Part shown: positions 24,753 to 38,403 of the stretch, one piece after another | Layout: each line of letters begins with the position of its first letter | Numbering within the stretch: position 1 is the stretch's first letter | NCBI RefSeq assembly: GCF_037042905.1 | Contig: NC_087255.1 | Location: 12,028,001 to 12,092,000, forward strand | Source: Lytechinus pictus | Taxonomy: Eukaryota | Direction of reading: 5' to 3' | DNA length: 64,000 nucleotides | Program-made: the position numbers and the translations under genes | The notes under the pieces: generated by a model | Databases searched by the model: none | Told to the model about the DNA's origin: nothing | What the model saw: the letters and a program-made list of their open reading frames with translations, nothing else

Positions 24753-25068
24753 ATAATAATGATAATAATAATAATATACAGTTCTTGTATAGCGCATATC
24801 ACATTATGAATAATGTCTCTATGCGCTTCCAAAGGACTTGGATATTATTACCCCAGCTGTAGCTTGGCAGCCGTAATTACTAAGACTACAGCGCACACGC
24901 ATTTCAAGGAATAAATTCCTGCCAGGTACCCATTCACCTCACCTTGGTTGAGTGCAGCACAATGTGGATGAATTTCTTGCTGAAGGAAATTACGCCATGG
25001 CTGGGATTCGAACTCACGACCCTCTGTTTCAAAGTCAGAAGACTAATCCACTGGGCCACAACGCTCCA
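24753..25068 (-). mobile_element. tRNA-derived SINE with (ATT)n tail
   Basis: A box TGGCCCAGTGG and B box GAGTTCGAATCC; central CCACATTGTGCTGCACTCAACC.AGGTGAGGTGAATGGGTACC; head near-identical to 47954. Confidence 0.9.
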
Positions 25069-25096
25069 CAAGATAGAAGGGGGAAATAAGTTAAAC

Positions 25097-25284
25097 CAAT
25101 GGTGGATCCCGGGGGGGGGGGGGGGCACAGATGGCCCGTGCCCCCCTTTGAGAAGCAAAATTAAAATTTGTACTGTAAGAATGCCTTTGAAAGAGAAGTG
25201 TGCCCCTCCTCTTTTAAAATGAAGACCTTTTTTTTTCTGTGGAAATATGTGCCCCCTTTTTGGAAAATCATGGATCCACCCCTG
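25097..25284. mobile_element. hAT-like MITE
   Basis: TIR CAATGGTGGATCC / GGATCCACCCCTG; degenerate 8-bp TSD AGTTAAAC / AGTCAAAT; an inverted relative lies at 35460-35717. Confidence 0.75.
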
Positions 25285-26119
25285 AGTCAAATGTATAAAT
25301 TTTGAAATGAAGAGATAACATTGGGAAATGAGATGAAGGGGGTTGGAAAGAGGGTGGAGCAGCAAAAAAATATGTTAAATGCTTTTTTATTGTTATGCCT
25401 CTACTCAACTTTATTAACAATAGCAAAAGCTGACTATGATGGGCAATATACATATCATTAAAGTGTTAGTAAAAAGTAGTTTCAAGGAAGTCCTACAAGC
25501 AAATCAACGGTCAAATATGAAAGAAATGTATGAAAATTAAACATGAGAACATGTTTACAAGATTTAATATTGATGAAATAATTCATTGCCTATGAGGACT
25601 AACAGAATATTGATATGAATGCATATATTTCAAATTGTTATCCCAAGCACTGATGTCACAGTTTCAGTGCTTTATGTAAGGTATTGTCCTAATGAAATGG
25701 CATGAATTACTCCTCACCTCGCTTGAGTTCATGGTTCTTTTCCCCCAAGTTGTCTATAATCTGTGGGAGCAAAGAAGATTTTTCTGTTAGATGGTGATGG
25801 TGATGATGATAGCATTGGAAAGTGCTCACTGAGTCAGATGTAAAGCCCGAGGGGAGAAGATTTGCTGCTAGTTATAAATGTGAAGTGAAAGTGGAATGTC
25901 CTTGGCCATGAGATTGGGAAGATGATGATGATGGGATGGGAGGAGGAGGAGGAGGATGGATGAAGTTTGATGGGATCGGGATAAGATGGTTTGAAGGTTA
26001 TGAGAGTAGACGTGCTGGTTCAGTTTTCAATGTCATGTCAAGATGTCGAAGGCATGCAGTGCTTACCTATGTGGATGACAGTAAATCTTTGTAATGTGAG
26101 GATCTTGATAAATGAATTC

Positions 26120-26207
26120 TTACGATGATGATCATGATAATGGCCATTGTGTCATGTTGATGATGATGGTGATGATTGTGTCATTATGATATTGATGGTG
26201 GTGATGT

Positions 26208-26243
<36 letters not shown>

Positions 26244-26295
26244 GATTAGTGATGATGTTGCTGGTCATGATGATGATGGTAATAGTGATGGTGCT
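26120..26295. repeat. (GAT)n microsatellite
   Basis: Pure GAT run at about 26208-26241 with degenerate flanks. Confidence 0.95.
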
Positions 26296-26330
26296 GAAAA
26301 AATATCTCAATGGGTTTGATGAGAAAATAG

Positions 26331-26478
26331 CAGGGGCTGCGGAACGGCTTTGAAAGTGCGGGGGCTGAGCCGAAAGTGGGGGGGACTGACCATGCAAAAA
26401 ATCATAATCAGATGGTCATTTTTACGTATTTGTACACGATTTTGGAAAAAAAAGTGACCGCCGTTTCCACTGCCCGTG
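26331..26478. mobile_element. hAT-like MITE, internally deleted
   Basis: Imperfect TIR CAGGGGCTGCGGAAC / GTTTCCACTGCCCGTG; no TSD seen. Confidence 0.5.
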
Positions 26479-28709
26479 CATAGAGGGTAGTGATGATGAA
26501 AGTTATATGAATAAGATGGCTCATTTATTTTTCAGTAGCATGATACTGTCTCTGATTGCTATTCTGGTTGTACTTGATAAGATGATAATAAGTTTTTTTG
26601 CATGATTATAGTATAATTGTGCTGAAGTGTAGATATTACCCAAGCATATATAGTTTCAGGAGGAAAAACATGAACAGTCTTATGCAGTTTGAGTTGTTGA
26701 AAAGTTGGTATCATATAAGGAGAAATTATCACTATAGAGCCACACTTAAAGTGTTATTGAAGACATGCTAAGTGAGTATTACTGATTGAGCAATGATATG
26801 GATTTCATCGTTTAAACTTAGTGACATTCAGATGAAAGTAGACTATACCGAGGCCGAACATGTCGATCATGTTAACCTAACAGAACACTCGGTAAAGAGA
26901 AGGGGTTCTAGAATTTGAATAAGATGAATATCAAAGAAGGTTTTCCAGGCTTCTGTTACAGGCATAAAACAAATTTCTTGAAGATGGCTTCCTGCGATGA
27001 GTGTGGTGGAGGATGCCCGCTTTAGTTTGAGGAGGAAATATGAGCGCCCTCTCTGATTCAAAAATTCAGATGATATGTACATCTATCAGAAAGAGTCAAT
27101 AGAAGCTAAACTGGACTTTTAATGAGGGTAGAAAGGAAAGTCAATTACAGTTGACCGCTTTTGTTCCAGATCGCAGTGTGCACTTGCACGGGCAGTGGAC
27201 ACTTGATATGTAATGTATTCGGGAGGCAAGCCGAGAAAAGAGAAAACTGATTAGACTGAAACCGATTGGATTACGTTCCGTTCCATTTGCATTTAGCTGG
27301 ATCAGAGTTTGAAGAGCTTCTTACAATCAGAAGCGAGAAAGAATTGATAGAAAAGGGCCATTGATACAAGGTGTTTCATTCCTTCTTACAAATCATATTT
27401 AGAAATTGGTTCAACGGTGCACGCCACCGTTTTCTCACGCGATTCTTTTCATAATGCCATGTTTGAGATGAGACTGCGAAGAGTTTGCAAATTCCTCTGG
27501 TAATGTCCAGATGAAAGTCGAGCTTTGCTGCCAATGAATTCATCTTCTCCTCGATATTTGGTCTCGCTTGGTTTCACTCCGTGTTGTCATAAACTCTTGA
27601 CAGCGCGCGTTCCATCCATTAACGCCATTTCTGCTCACTTTCCACTTGCATATGCATGGCTTCTGCATGAGGGGGGAAAAGCGCTGGAAATAGATGAGCA
27701 AACATTATCTCCAATACTCTTAACAATAGTTCTGGTCTTTGAGTAAGGACAGTAACCGCTATTTCCTTGACACGTAAGTTTACCAGTGGGGCTGTGTAGA
27801 CAGAGAAAAATAGGTTGTTGAGGATGCAAAGTGCAGTATTTGCATTGAATGCGGGACGCTGTGATGCAAGCTACCGCATCAAAGGAGGTGCTTTCAGACC
27901 TACTAAAAAACAGAAAGTACTTGTTATTCTGTGATCTTGAAATCTACCCCAAGCTCCCAATCTATCCCGATCAGAGAATAACAAGTGTTTTTACAAGTGT
28001 GGGAGCAAATTACCCTATAATATGCCCAAGGAAATACCTAGTACATACTTTTCAACAGTACTTGTCAAAGAACTTACCCTGGGATTTTTAGAAGGTCCCA
28101 GGTATTCTTGCAGTTTGAAACCAAACAACAAGCACTTTCGTATTCCGGTGATTACATCTATCCCAGTTGCCGTAGTCACTCGGGTTGCTATCTTCCTGAG
28201 CTTGCCATTTTGAATTGTGCACCTGATTTGCTTCTCCAACCATACTGCACTGGGAACCGTTTCTCGAAAGGGTCTTGTTTTGGTGGGCATGAATGGAGAA
28301 ATAATTCACTGGTATTTGAGGCCTGGACGTGTTCTCATAAGATGACTGGTATTTTGTAGCTGAAGTTGGTCTGAATGCACCCAGGGACTTGTACAGTGCA
28401 ATTATCCTCAGATTCTTGAAATGAGCTACCAAGTGACCTACATTTTTTTTCTCTTGGTCAATATGACTGAATTTATTTTTCCCACCTAACCGTGTCAGAG
28501 AAATAAAGAGCTGATTTTTTTTCTTTCTCTTTTTTTTCTTGATTCTGTCAGCAACGCAGTACACTTGGATAGTTCATCTATTTTTTTTTGTCTTTAAATA
28601 TTTTTTGATGAAGAATGCACTGCTGTTAGATTGATTTTTGGTTCAAAAGAGAAGGAATATCTCTCTTCTCCTGTAATTCACTCTTTTTGGCACTTATGCA
28701 TGAATTTTA

Positions 28710-29181
28710 GGGCCTTTTCACCCGAGAATCTTGAATCATCAATGTGATGATGATTGCAATTAGAATCATTGTACCATTCACACGTTCACTCAAACTGTGA
28801 TTTGAATTCAAATTCCTGAGCGAAGGTCGTATTGTGTCCTTGGTGACTTGTCAATCAAACCCAAACAAACCACTGCATCGCAAAAAAGAAACTACAATGA
28901 GTGCATGACAATTGTAGTATCTACGGAAGTGCTTGAAAGGTTATGTGAGCTCCGCCCCTCAAAAAATGTTTGGAGGTCAACCCTTTCAGACGTAAAATTC
29001 GTACCGTGATTTGAGTGAAGCTTAACTGGAATTCACCTCCGGAGTAGAATTTGAATTCGTGATTGTGATTAGCGTTCTTGACTCTAGTTAGGTTTCACAT
29101 GTGCTAAAAATTCGTCACTAGAATCATTTTTCACTAGAATCATCATTCAAATTACGATTTTGGTACCGTGTGAAAGGGCAG
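28710..29181. mobile_element. 472-bp MITE with TTA TSD (Harbinger-like)
   Basis: TTA|GGGCCTTTTCACCCG ... CGTGTGAAAGGGCAG|TTA; repeated GAATC / GAATT motifs inside. Confidence 0.75.
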
Positions 29182-32167
29182 TTAGTCAGACTCAAATCTT
29201 TTCAAAACATCCCTGATGTAAAATTTCCAAATGTTTTCTACTATTATTTATTTAGCCAGTTGAATTGTATTCAATGTATGAATAATTTATGATGTTCTAT
29301 AAAAAATACCCTCAATTTCCTAGTATGCTACAAGTTAAATCTTGGCTATATAGTGAGGGAAAAGGACTAGTATACAGTGAGAAGTATTTCAATATTACTT
29401 ATTTGGTGTGGAAGTCGAGTTTATTTAATTTCTATTTCTGCTTACTTTAGAGCCAGAAGATCTTCAAAACTTGCTATGCAATAGATGACCTTTTTTTTCT
29501 CACAAGATGAGATACTCATACGTATCGACTTCAAGTAAAAATATGTCTTGTGTAAGTTTAAATTTCCTTTCACCTGGTGTGGCTTGTTTGAGGCTAGAAG
29601 GGCCTTATTGTAAACAAATACAAGGACATAACGTCTTTCTTTTTCTCGAAGCCTCTTAAGTTGTGCTGATTAGCGATTGGCTGTAATTCAATATACACAC
29701 GTAGACTGGATGTTGCTAAGTCCCATAGTTGGGCTTCCCTCTTGTCTTTATCTCCTTGAAGCATGTGAATTCTTTGAAATGTTACCTGGGCTTGGTGGAT
29801 TTAAGTTTGGCAGTGAGATTGGCAGGCTGAGGCTTTAATGAGCAAGGTTTCTTGAAAGGAAAGACAGAAAACCTAGCCACATGTCATAGTCTCAGGTGTA
29901 GCACATCTGTAGAAATCGAGAGGATGCTGAATTCGGAGGAATCTAACCATTCGTTTTGATTTGTTGCTCGGTCCGATCGATACGCCACGGAGAGAGACGA
30001 GGAGAGAGAGACAGCCAAACAAAGGGTTATCAAGAAGGGTTGTTTGGCCAGAACTTGGGGCATGGATGCCGGGAGAGAGGGGATGAAATACACACCGGTC
30101 CTGTAACAGAATCTTTTGAATGAGTGTGATTAGATTGGGAAACATCGAGTTATTGAGTTGAACTGTTGCACATTTAAATGAGGTAATATAGCCAGCGTAG
30201 TAGTAATTACCCTTTTTAATAGTTGTAATAAGCTAACCTTCATTGCTTATACTCTCATGTATCATGCTATAGCTTCGAGAGATGGACTAGTTTTAGCATC
30301 CAGTCACCAAAATATGTTCCAGTGATTACTATACATGCCTTAATCTCTGAAACTAGATTTACAGTATACTTTATGATTAAATGGGAAATATAATTCTATT
30401 CCTTTTGGTAAATTTTATTTTCTTTGTGCAAGCATCCTAAGCAATGATTGCTCTTTAAAAAATGTATTCTTTAGTATGGATGACAATTTCCTGTTCAAAG
30501 TATCTGACGTATTCATGAAACATTTCTTTCAAAAGGAAATTCGTCTTGATTGTGGGACTCCAAAGTTTCATCACATTTGAAAATGATTGTAGTACCCTCA
30601 GACTGCCCATTGATTATTTCATACCTTGTTGAGAATTTTTGTAAAATGAAGACAAACTTTAAGATACACTTCTGATGCTATTCATTATGAATGAGTTTGG
30701 TAGTCTATACCTTACCCATAAAGTAACTGGAATGCTTTCAAGGAAAATAAGTTGAATTCAAATGAAAATTGAAGATTCGCTGAGGTTTTAATGGGAGACT
30801 AGCTACCACTATTGGAGGGTTGATGCAGTAAGTCTTAATCCATTCTTCTATCGATCCCATGCTGCCTTGTGGGTGATTGGCGGTATGCCTTATACCAGCG
30901 CGCACCGTCAGCTGCCGTTAGCTAACTCATTGTTCTTCCATCAACGATACTCTCACTACCCATTGTGCCGGTTCCCTCTGCCATTCTCATTCAGTTTGGA
31001 GCAGTGTTTATGCAAACGAGATAGAGGGACCTCGGGCCCAAAATATGACCACTATGAAATTAGCCAAATTGAGACAGGAAGGGAAGATAGATTCCAGCGG
31101 AGTTACCTTATCAGTATGCTTGTAGGATACGAATGAAAGAAGGAAAAGGGAGTTCAGAAAAAGTTGACAGCTGTGTAATCAAGATGAGACAATTAAAATC
31201 TATTTCGAGACAATGAATTTGAGTGAAATCAGAATATTATGGAATATATAGCCTTGTGTTTCCTGGATGCTTGCTTATCTCTATGAACTCATCCCCTAGT
31301 TCATTACTTCTTGTATTTTTGTATCTCAGAACAATGCATTTTATTTTTTGTAGATTTTATAGAAGATTTTATGCACTCCAAAAGCATTCTTTTAAAGAGC
31401 TGGTTTGACAAGTTTTGTCATTATTATGGAGTAGAATGTATCCCTTATTCTAATACATTGATTCGATCATTATTAATATGCATTCATTATAACAAATATT
31501 GCAAACAAAGTAGTTGCATCTTATCATGACAGATTGAAGGAAAGAAAAAGTGAGAAAGAAATGGAGAAAGAAAGAGAGATAGAATGAAAAGGGAGAAAAT
31601 GAAAAACAGAGACCAAGAAAATAAGAGATATAGAGAGATGTTGAATTTCACCCCGGAATGTCTCCATATGATAAATTATCTGGCTATTTTCAATTTCTGT
31701 TTAGATCTAACTTTATTCCTTGGTCACATCTTAAACACCATTTATTCATGAAAGAAATATTTTTGCAGTGCATGTTAAAAAGTTTTCCTGGAGTAGATAT
31801 GCAGAGAACTTGCCTGAGATGGAAATGTATGTATTAGTATTTCAGGCCCAGTGCATCCGTCTCCTTGGATTCCATCTTACCCCTATGCTTGATTACCGCA
31901 TCCTCATCATTAGAATAACAGTTTGATGTGAGTTTGGTGGGATGGAGGAAAGGTCAAGCTATTTCAGACTTCCTACAGCCCTCAAGTAAATCAGGGACAG
32001 ACACTGGTAAATCAATAGCGACGGAATTTATGAATAATTGAAATTAGAAGAACTAACAGCATCTGAGGAGGAGAGTTAAGAAAGGTAATTGGGAGGTCAG
32101 ATGGAATCGCTCCTAGATTACACTCTTTACTTTCTAATTTCATTCCTTAATTTCATGTGCATTGGGA

Positions 32168-32425
32168 TATAATAATAATAATAATAGCTGGATTTATGTA
32201 GCGCTTGCTATTATTACCCCGGCTTTAGCTCGAGCTACCATCACCGGTGCTCAGTGCATGCAAGGAATTAATCCTACCGGTTACCCATTCACCTCACCTG
32301 GGTCGAGTGCAGCACAGTGTGGATAAATTTCTTGCCGAAGGAAAACATGTCATGGCTACGATTTGAACCCACGACCCTTTGTTTGAAAGACGAGAGTCAG
32401 AACCACTAGACCATGTCATGCCCAC
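32168..32425 (-). mobile_element. tRNA-derived SINE
   Basis: Head TGGTCTAGTGGTTCTGACTC..GGGTTCAAATC, the shared central domain, AAAGCCGGGGTAATAATA, then an (ATT)n tail. Confidence 0.88.
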
Positions 32426-32533
32426 ATATGCATAGCTATGTGTAAATGTGCTGTTAAAAATGTTATTCTTTATTCTTCTTATTTATATATCTTTATTCTT
32501 ATTATTGTTATTATATCTTTAGTTTCTCCTAAT

Positions 32534-32832
32534 TGTGGAGCATTGTGGTCAGGGCCCCGTTGCATAAAAGTTACCATTATGGTCACTTTGCTATCCAATG
32601 GTGATTACCATGGTAACGCTGATCAACAGCCAATCAAAATCAAGGATTCCGTGCAAGTTACCATAAAGTTACCATAATAGTAACTTTTATGCAACGGGGC
32701 CCTGATGGTTTTCACTCTTGCCTTTTGAAAGTGAGGGTTTGGGAATAATTTCCTTCAACAAGAATTTATTCCACATTGTGCTGCACTCAACCCAGGTGAG
32801 GTGAATAGGAACCCGGCAGGATTAACTCCTTG
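32534..32832 (+). mobile_element. Degraded SINE interrupted in its A box by a MITE
   Basis: GTGGAGCATTGTGGT[MITE]...AATTTCCTTCAACAAGAATTTATTCCACATTGTGCTGCACTCAACCCAGGTGAGGTGAAT. Confidence 0.75.
32553..32701. mobile_element. 149-bp CWG-flanked MITE
   Basis: Perfect TIR GGCCCCGTTGCATAAAAGTTAC / GTAACTTTTATGCAACGGGGCC; flanks CAG and CTG. Confidence 0.9.
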
Positions 32833-35139
32833 TTATAAGGGAACACCAGACTTTGCTGTATAAGAGAGTAGCAGAGTTTGTAAAATAAAATAATTTGATG
32901 TTTATTTTGGTACTTCTGTTAACCAATTTGATAATCATTCCTCTGGAAATGGAATTTTCAGATGAAAATGATTCTAAATTTCAAATAGTCAAATTTACAA
33001 GGCGATAGGAAGACATTTATTATGTGATACCCTGTGATGTTATCTTTATATTCAGTGCATTATCCCTGGCATGATTTTGCTTTGTGACTACCTATTGCAA
33101 ATTTAGCTCTGTATGTATATATAGTTCAAAATTTTCAGAAAATGATCTTGCTGAACGATATCTGTTGTTATTCCCTCATGGTGCCTACTATATGTGTCGT
33201 TACGGAGCAAGACATAGCCACAAATAGACCAATGATAGAAGAGGAGGGGACGATAACCTGATAAATATATTCCTTGGAGGCTTTCCAGTGGTTGGTGCCA
33301 GTCTAATACATGCAAATTCCCAACAAATTTACTCCCCATCAGGGGTAAATAAATACCCCATTATTGTGCAATATGCTTGGCAGGAAACCCCGCGACCTAA
33401 ATTTCTCCCAAATCCGATTTTCACTCTCGAGTCGCAAGAACCCACACCCACCCGGCAGCCACTGCCGCGACCACAATTGGTCCGTAATCACGGCAGCGAT
33501 TGTTTGGCGGCTTACACATCATAATCGCGTAGCAATAGTATGTCTGAAATAACAGCCAAATTGGCACTGATGCCTTTATTATATATATATCCTCTCTCTC
33601 CCTCCCCCTCACGTCTCTGACTGCCTTACCAACCGCCTGCCAACCACTCATAAGCTAGCATACCAGTATGGGGGTTGATAGCACAAAAGTGCAGGCAGCG
33701 GCCCTTTTCCAAGATCCATTCGGGAGTGATGCTGTAGAGTGGGCTGTCTCCAGACCATTTTGCCGCTCCATTCTGGCCATTGTCTGCAGTACAATCAACG
33801 CAAAATCAGTGAAATCCGTTATCTAGCAGGCACTGTGGGATAATGCTGTTTGACACGTCGAAGAGTCGGCCAAAAGCAAACCTATAACCAACCACTCAAT
33901 ATCATCCAGCTATCATCGACCATTAGATAGCTATCAGAAGAGTATTGAAATGCCATCATTCTTAAGATGTTTGTTTTGTGAGGAATTGTTATGAGCATAG
34001 AGAATGTTTGTCACTTGGTTGTAGACGAAGAAAAACATAAACACTAGCAAATTTGCTCTGAGCCAATCAGATGCAAAGATTTCAGTAGCTTATAACAAAC
34101 TAGTCAGGGAAAATCTCTGAATATTTGTTTTATGAAATGCTCCCACTTATTTGCTATTTTATCTCTCTAAAGAGTTTTATTTAATGGATTTTCCACTGCT
34201 GAAAAACATGCAATTTTAAGATGACAAAAGAAATGGACATTCAAAATTTCCCAGTGAATTGTGGGACTCATACATATAACACACATTTACCAAAGGAGTA
34301 AAATGAGAGAGAAATATGAAAAGAGAGAGGGAAATAATGATAAAAGTAAGAAATAAATAAAAACAGAAATTGATATTTACTGAATTGATATAGATAAAAA
34401 AAAAACAATTTTGCCGGATTATTGAAAAGAAAAGAAGAAAAAAATCAGTATGTTCACATCAGCTGAAGATTACATCTTTTATGTTCATAATAACAGAGAA
34501 AAATATTATGAAATCCTAATCTTACATCTTAAGAAAAGAAACAATTTTTTTTTTGTAAAGATAATGAATAGTAACAAATTTTAATACCTTCATTCATAGA
34601 AAATGATATAATGAGATAGAAAAATACCTCCACCAAAAAGGAAAAGTAATAAAATTGCAGATGAATTACTATGAAGGGAGGGGGGTAAAATGAAGGGTTA
34701 AAAAATGAAATATTAGTCATTACTGAATTTAAAGGCAAGCTCAGAAAAATAAGATGACACTTCGTCACCTTCCGATGTTGTATACTGCCAGCTAGGGTCA
34801 GCTAAACGTCAGAGGTTATAACAATGCCTGTTTGCTACCAGTGACAGTATGCCAAGACAGAGTGTGATATGTTTGTGAATGTTCAAAATTCTAGATTGTG
34901 GCCCAACCACTCAAAAAGCATGAATTATGTGAATGATTTGTCAATATTGTGATTCTCGATGAGTTTTCAAATTTTTCTTGAAAAACTAGATATAGATATT
35001 TTTAAAGCGTAATATATCATGCATTGTTGAAATAGTATCACAGTTTCTGAGATATATCTCCATATGTTTGGTTTTTCTAGTTTTTTTATTTCCATGTGTT
35101 ACCACATGCTCATACTCATACATCAGCAGTATTTTATAT

Positions 35140-35410
35140 TTCTGTTTCTGTTTTCTGTTTATGGTAACTCCCGTAGGAACTCGGCAGGACAGCATTTTGC
35201 TGGTAGACGCCAAGCTGGTATATAACCAATTACCTATAGGAAAAATTTTACATCTAGGTTTATCAGTCATAATAGCTGACCTTATAGATGACAGATATTA
35301 TTTTTGGGCCTTTTTTTTCAAAGTGGAGACAATGGCAGAGTGGGAGTTTGAACTCACAACCTTACGATTATGAGTCCAATGCTCTCACCACTGGACTACA
35401 CGACCCGTGT
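35140..35410 (-). mobile_element. SINE with tRNA-Met-like head and (AAACAG)n tail, copy 1
   Basis: Minus-strand head GTCCAGTGGTGAGAGCATTGGACTCATAATC..GAGTTCAAAC; colinear with 38133-38403. Confidence 0.85.
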
Positions 35411-35459
35411 TGCTGAAGAATGTTGATTATCCAGAAGATGAAGAAGTTTTCAATGGACA

Positions 35460-35717
35460 CGGGGGCAGATCCAGGATTTTTCGAAAGGGAGTGGGGGGGC
35501 ACATTTTCCCGAGGAAAAATTTGACAAGCAAAAAAGGGTTTCAACCAAACATTAAGGGGATTTCGTCTACAAAAAATTTGACAAGCAAAAAAAGGTCTTT
35601 CGAAAGGGGGGGGGGGCACACTACTGTTTTAACAGCATTTTTACATTACAAATTTTAATTTTGCATCTCAAAAGGGGGGACACTGGCCGGCTGTGCCCCC
35701 CCCTTGATCCGCCAGTG
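35460..35717. mobile_element. hAT-like MITE with perfect 8-bp TSD AATGGACA
   Basis: AATGGACA|CGGGGGCAGATCC ... GATCCGCCAGTG|AATGGACA. Confidence 0.88.
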
Positions 35718-35886
35718 AATGGACATATCTCTGAATATACAAATATGCAACCAAAAAGTATTGATATCATCAGAATTAGTCCATCCTTTCCTTCTGCAGT
35801 TTTCTGTCTATGCAAAAGAAGAAAAATTATGAAAATGTTAGGCTCTGTATAGGTTTTCATTTTTAAGACAGAGATGAGATAACCAG

Positions 35887-36015
35887 TGGCCCGTAACACA
35901 AAGCTAAACAATGATCGTAGAACATTTTTCTACAATTGATTCCATTGACTACAATGTACACTTAGCCATAGAAATCTAGCGTACGATCAATCGCTATTCT
36001 TTGTGTTATGGGACC
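35887..36015. mobile_element. 129-bp CWG-flanked MITE
   Basis: CAG|TGGCCCGTAACACAAAG ... CTTTGTGTTATGGGACC|CAG. Confidence 0.8.
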
Positions 36016-36203
36016 CAGGGGATTGTGTCCCTTGTAGCCAGTTTTCACAAATAAACTAAATATGAATCCGAAGATCAAATTCAAAGGTAACTTTCAACAA
36101 TCTAAATGCTTATTTGGGAATTGCATTCTATTTTTATTCTATATTTATGCAACTCCTTTGCAGCCTGCCCTAACCACTTCTCTGAATCTCACTATTATAT
36201 TAA

Positions 36204-36560
36204 AGGTAAAGTCCACCCCAGCAAAATGTTAATTTGAATAAATAGAAAAAAAATCAAACTAACATAACACTGAAATTTCATCAAAATCGGATGTAAAATA
36301 AGAAAGTTATGGCATTTTAAAGTTTCGCTTATTTTTCACAAAACAGTGATATGCACAACTCAGTGACATGCAAATGAGTCAGTCGATGATGTCCATCACT
36401 CACTATTTCTTTTGTTTTTTATTGTTTGAGTTATACAATATTTCATTTTTTTACAGATTTGACCATAGGGACCGACTTGACTGAACCATATAGTATTAAA
36501 CAACGCTAATTTCATATGTTCAGGGAGGAATTAATTACTTTTTCACTTGACAATGAGGAG
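36204..36560 (+). mobile_element. Left part of TTAA-flanked (Kolobok-like) MITE, ending at a SINE
   Basis: TTAA|AGGTAAAGTCCACCCC...; shares AATTTCATCAAAATCGGAT with 1354 and 61107. Confidence 0.75.
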
Positions 36561-36562
36561 AA

Positions 36563-36903
36563 CTATTTATATAGCGCTTTATACATCGGAACGACGTGTC
36601 TAAGCGCTTTACAGATATATTATTACTCCGGTCATCGGATTCAATCAGTCATTCCCGCACACAATGTGTGCACATCCTCCACTCCCTGGGGAGTATTCCA
36701 GTCAGTCGCCGGTGAGGCGCACAGAGTACTGGACAAGCTACAATGACTCACATCCTACCAGGTACCCAATTAGCACCTGGGTCGAGAGTGGCAAAGTGTA
36801 GATTAACACCTTGCCAAAGGACGCCAGACCGAGGTGGGATTCGAACACACGACCGTCTGTTTACAAGGCGAGAGTCAGAACCACCACACCACAGCTCCTC
36901 CAC
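36563..36903 (-). mobile_element. tRNA-derived SINE (same subfamily as 49373)
   Basis: Head GGTTCTGACTCTCGCCTTGTAA..GTGTTCGAATCCCACC; tail CTGTAAAGCGCTTAGAC..CGTTCCGATG..AAGCGCT.TATAAAT. Confidence 0.88.
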
Positions 36904-38132
36904 ACAATGATGTTTAGATGAAGACATGTTGGGAAGATCTACCTTACCAATAAGGAAGTAATAATACTCTAATTGAGGCTGCTTCTTAATCATCTCACAC
37001 CATTGTTTGCTTTCCTTTGAATTAACGAGAGGGGATTGTAATATCATGTCGGCTGTCCATCTCAATGTGTCTTGATGAGGATGTCGGAAGCCACGCTCTC
37101 ATTTCGGTTTTAACTGTCGGGAGGTGTTATAATGCAGTGGTTTTAATTTCCTTTCTACCTCTAATCTTACTCCATCTTTTGATTGTCGTGTGAAATGATG
37201 TCCTCCGTCCAAAAGCAGTCCCATCTTAGTCCTAACTAGTGTAAATTGGTGCTTCTAAATTCATTTTTAAAAAATTGTTGTTTTAATTGAAAAACATTTG
37301 ATTTGCACATCAAATTCCATGACAAAAGAATATATTCTGGCTATTTCAGATAAAAGAAAAATTTGTCAGAAAGGGGTAATATCTTCTGAAAATAGTGCTT
37401 ATTTGAAGGTACCAATACCCTTTCTCTTTAGTAACTTTGATTTTTATATCAAAACACAAAAGAAGGTATTTTTATTGTACCCAAAGATGGGAATCCATTA
37501 CGAAAAATTTATGTTTTTGAATTGTCATGAAAGCTGAAATAAAAATGAGTGGTTATTGCTACATCTATTGAAATGTGAGTGAAGTCCACCGTCTTCTCCA
37601 TTTAACTTGTAAAAGTGGCGTTGATGAGAGGTTTCCACCAAGATTCCTGTTCTGGAAAGAAGATTTGATTAAAGAAAACAAAGCACCCCATCAAGCCGAT
37701 TTAGAGTGTGATAATTCGGCATCTTTAATTTCCTCTCCCAGACTACGTCAATCCATCATCATCTCAAAATATCCAACAAGAAAGGATTTGGTCCGTAGTT
37801 AGTCCACCAAACTGTTTGGATGGCTGATAGCGTGTCATCGTTAAACTTCACACAGCCTGAGCCTTACAGGTGTGTTGACAAGAATTCATTCTAGACGTTT
37901 TCTTTTTTTTATCTACATTCAAATTCAATTTCTGATTTTGAGTATCAATATTTCAAAAACAAATAAAAAGTGGGAGGATGTTTTTAAAAAGTGTAACTGA
38001 CTTGAGAACACATGATTTTAGTCCTTCTGTCGATGATATTTAATTAGATGTTGCTTTATAAGTATTTGGGTTATTCAGTGATTAATTTGTCCTAATATTG
38101 TGTTTTCTTGGAATCCTGTGTCCTTCTTGAAT

Positions 38133-38403
38133 GTTTCTGTTTCTGTTTCTGTTTGTGGTAACTCCCGTAGGAACTCGGCAGGACAGCATTTTTTGCTGGT
38201 AAACGCCAAGCTGGTATATAACCAATTACCTTGGAAACATTTTACGTCTAGGTTAATCAGTCATAGTGGCTGACGTAATAGACGACAGATATCACTCTTG
38301 GGCCTTTTTATCAAAGTGGAGACAATGGCAGAGTTGGGATTCGAACTTACAACCTTGCGATTATGAGTCCAATGCTCTAACCACTGGACCACATGACCCG
38401 TGT
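38133..38403 (-). mobile_element. SINE with tRNA-Met-like head, copy 2
   Basis: Colinear with 35140-35410; B box GTTCGAATCC; (AAACAG)n tail. Confidence 0.85.

Noticed and set aside
26147-26397. Poly-Met / poly-Ile ORFs
   Set aside because: Translation of (GAT)n.
28078-28140. THAP domain start (CCLVSNCKN)
   Set aside because: No initiator Met and none of the downstream FP, W or C-x-x-H-F THAP motifs in frame.
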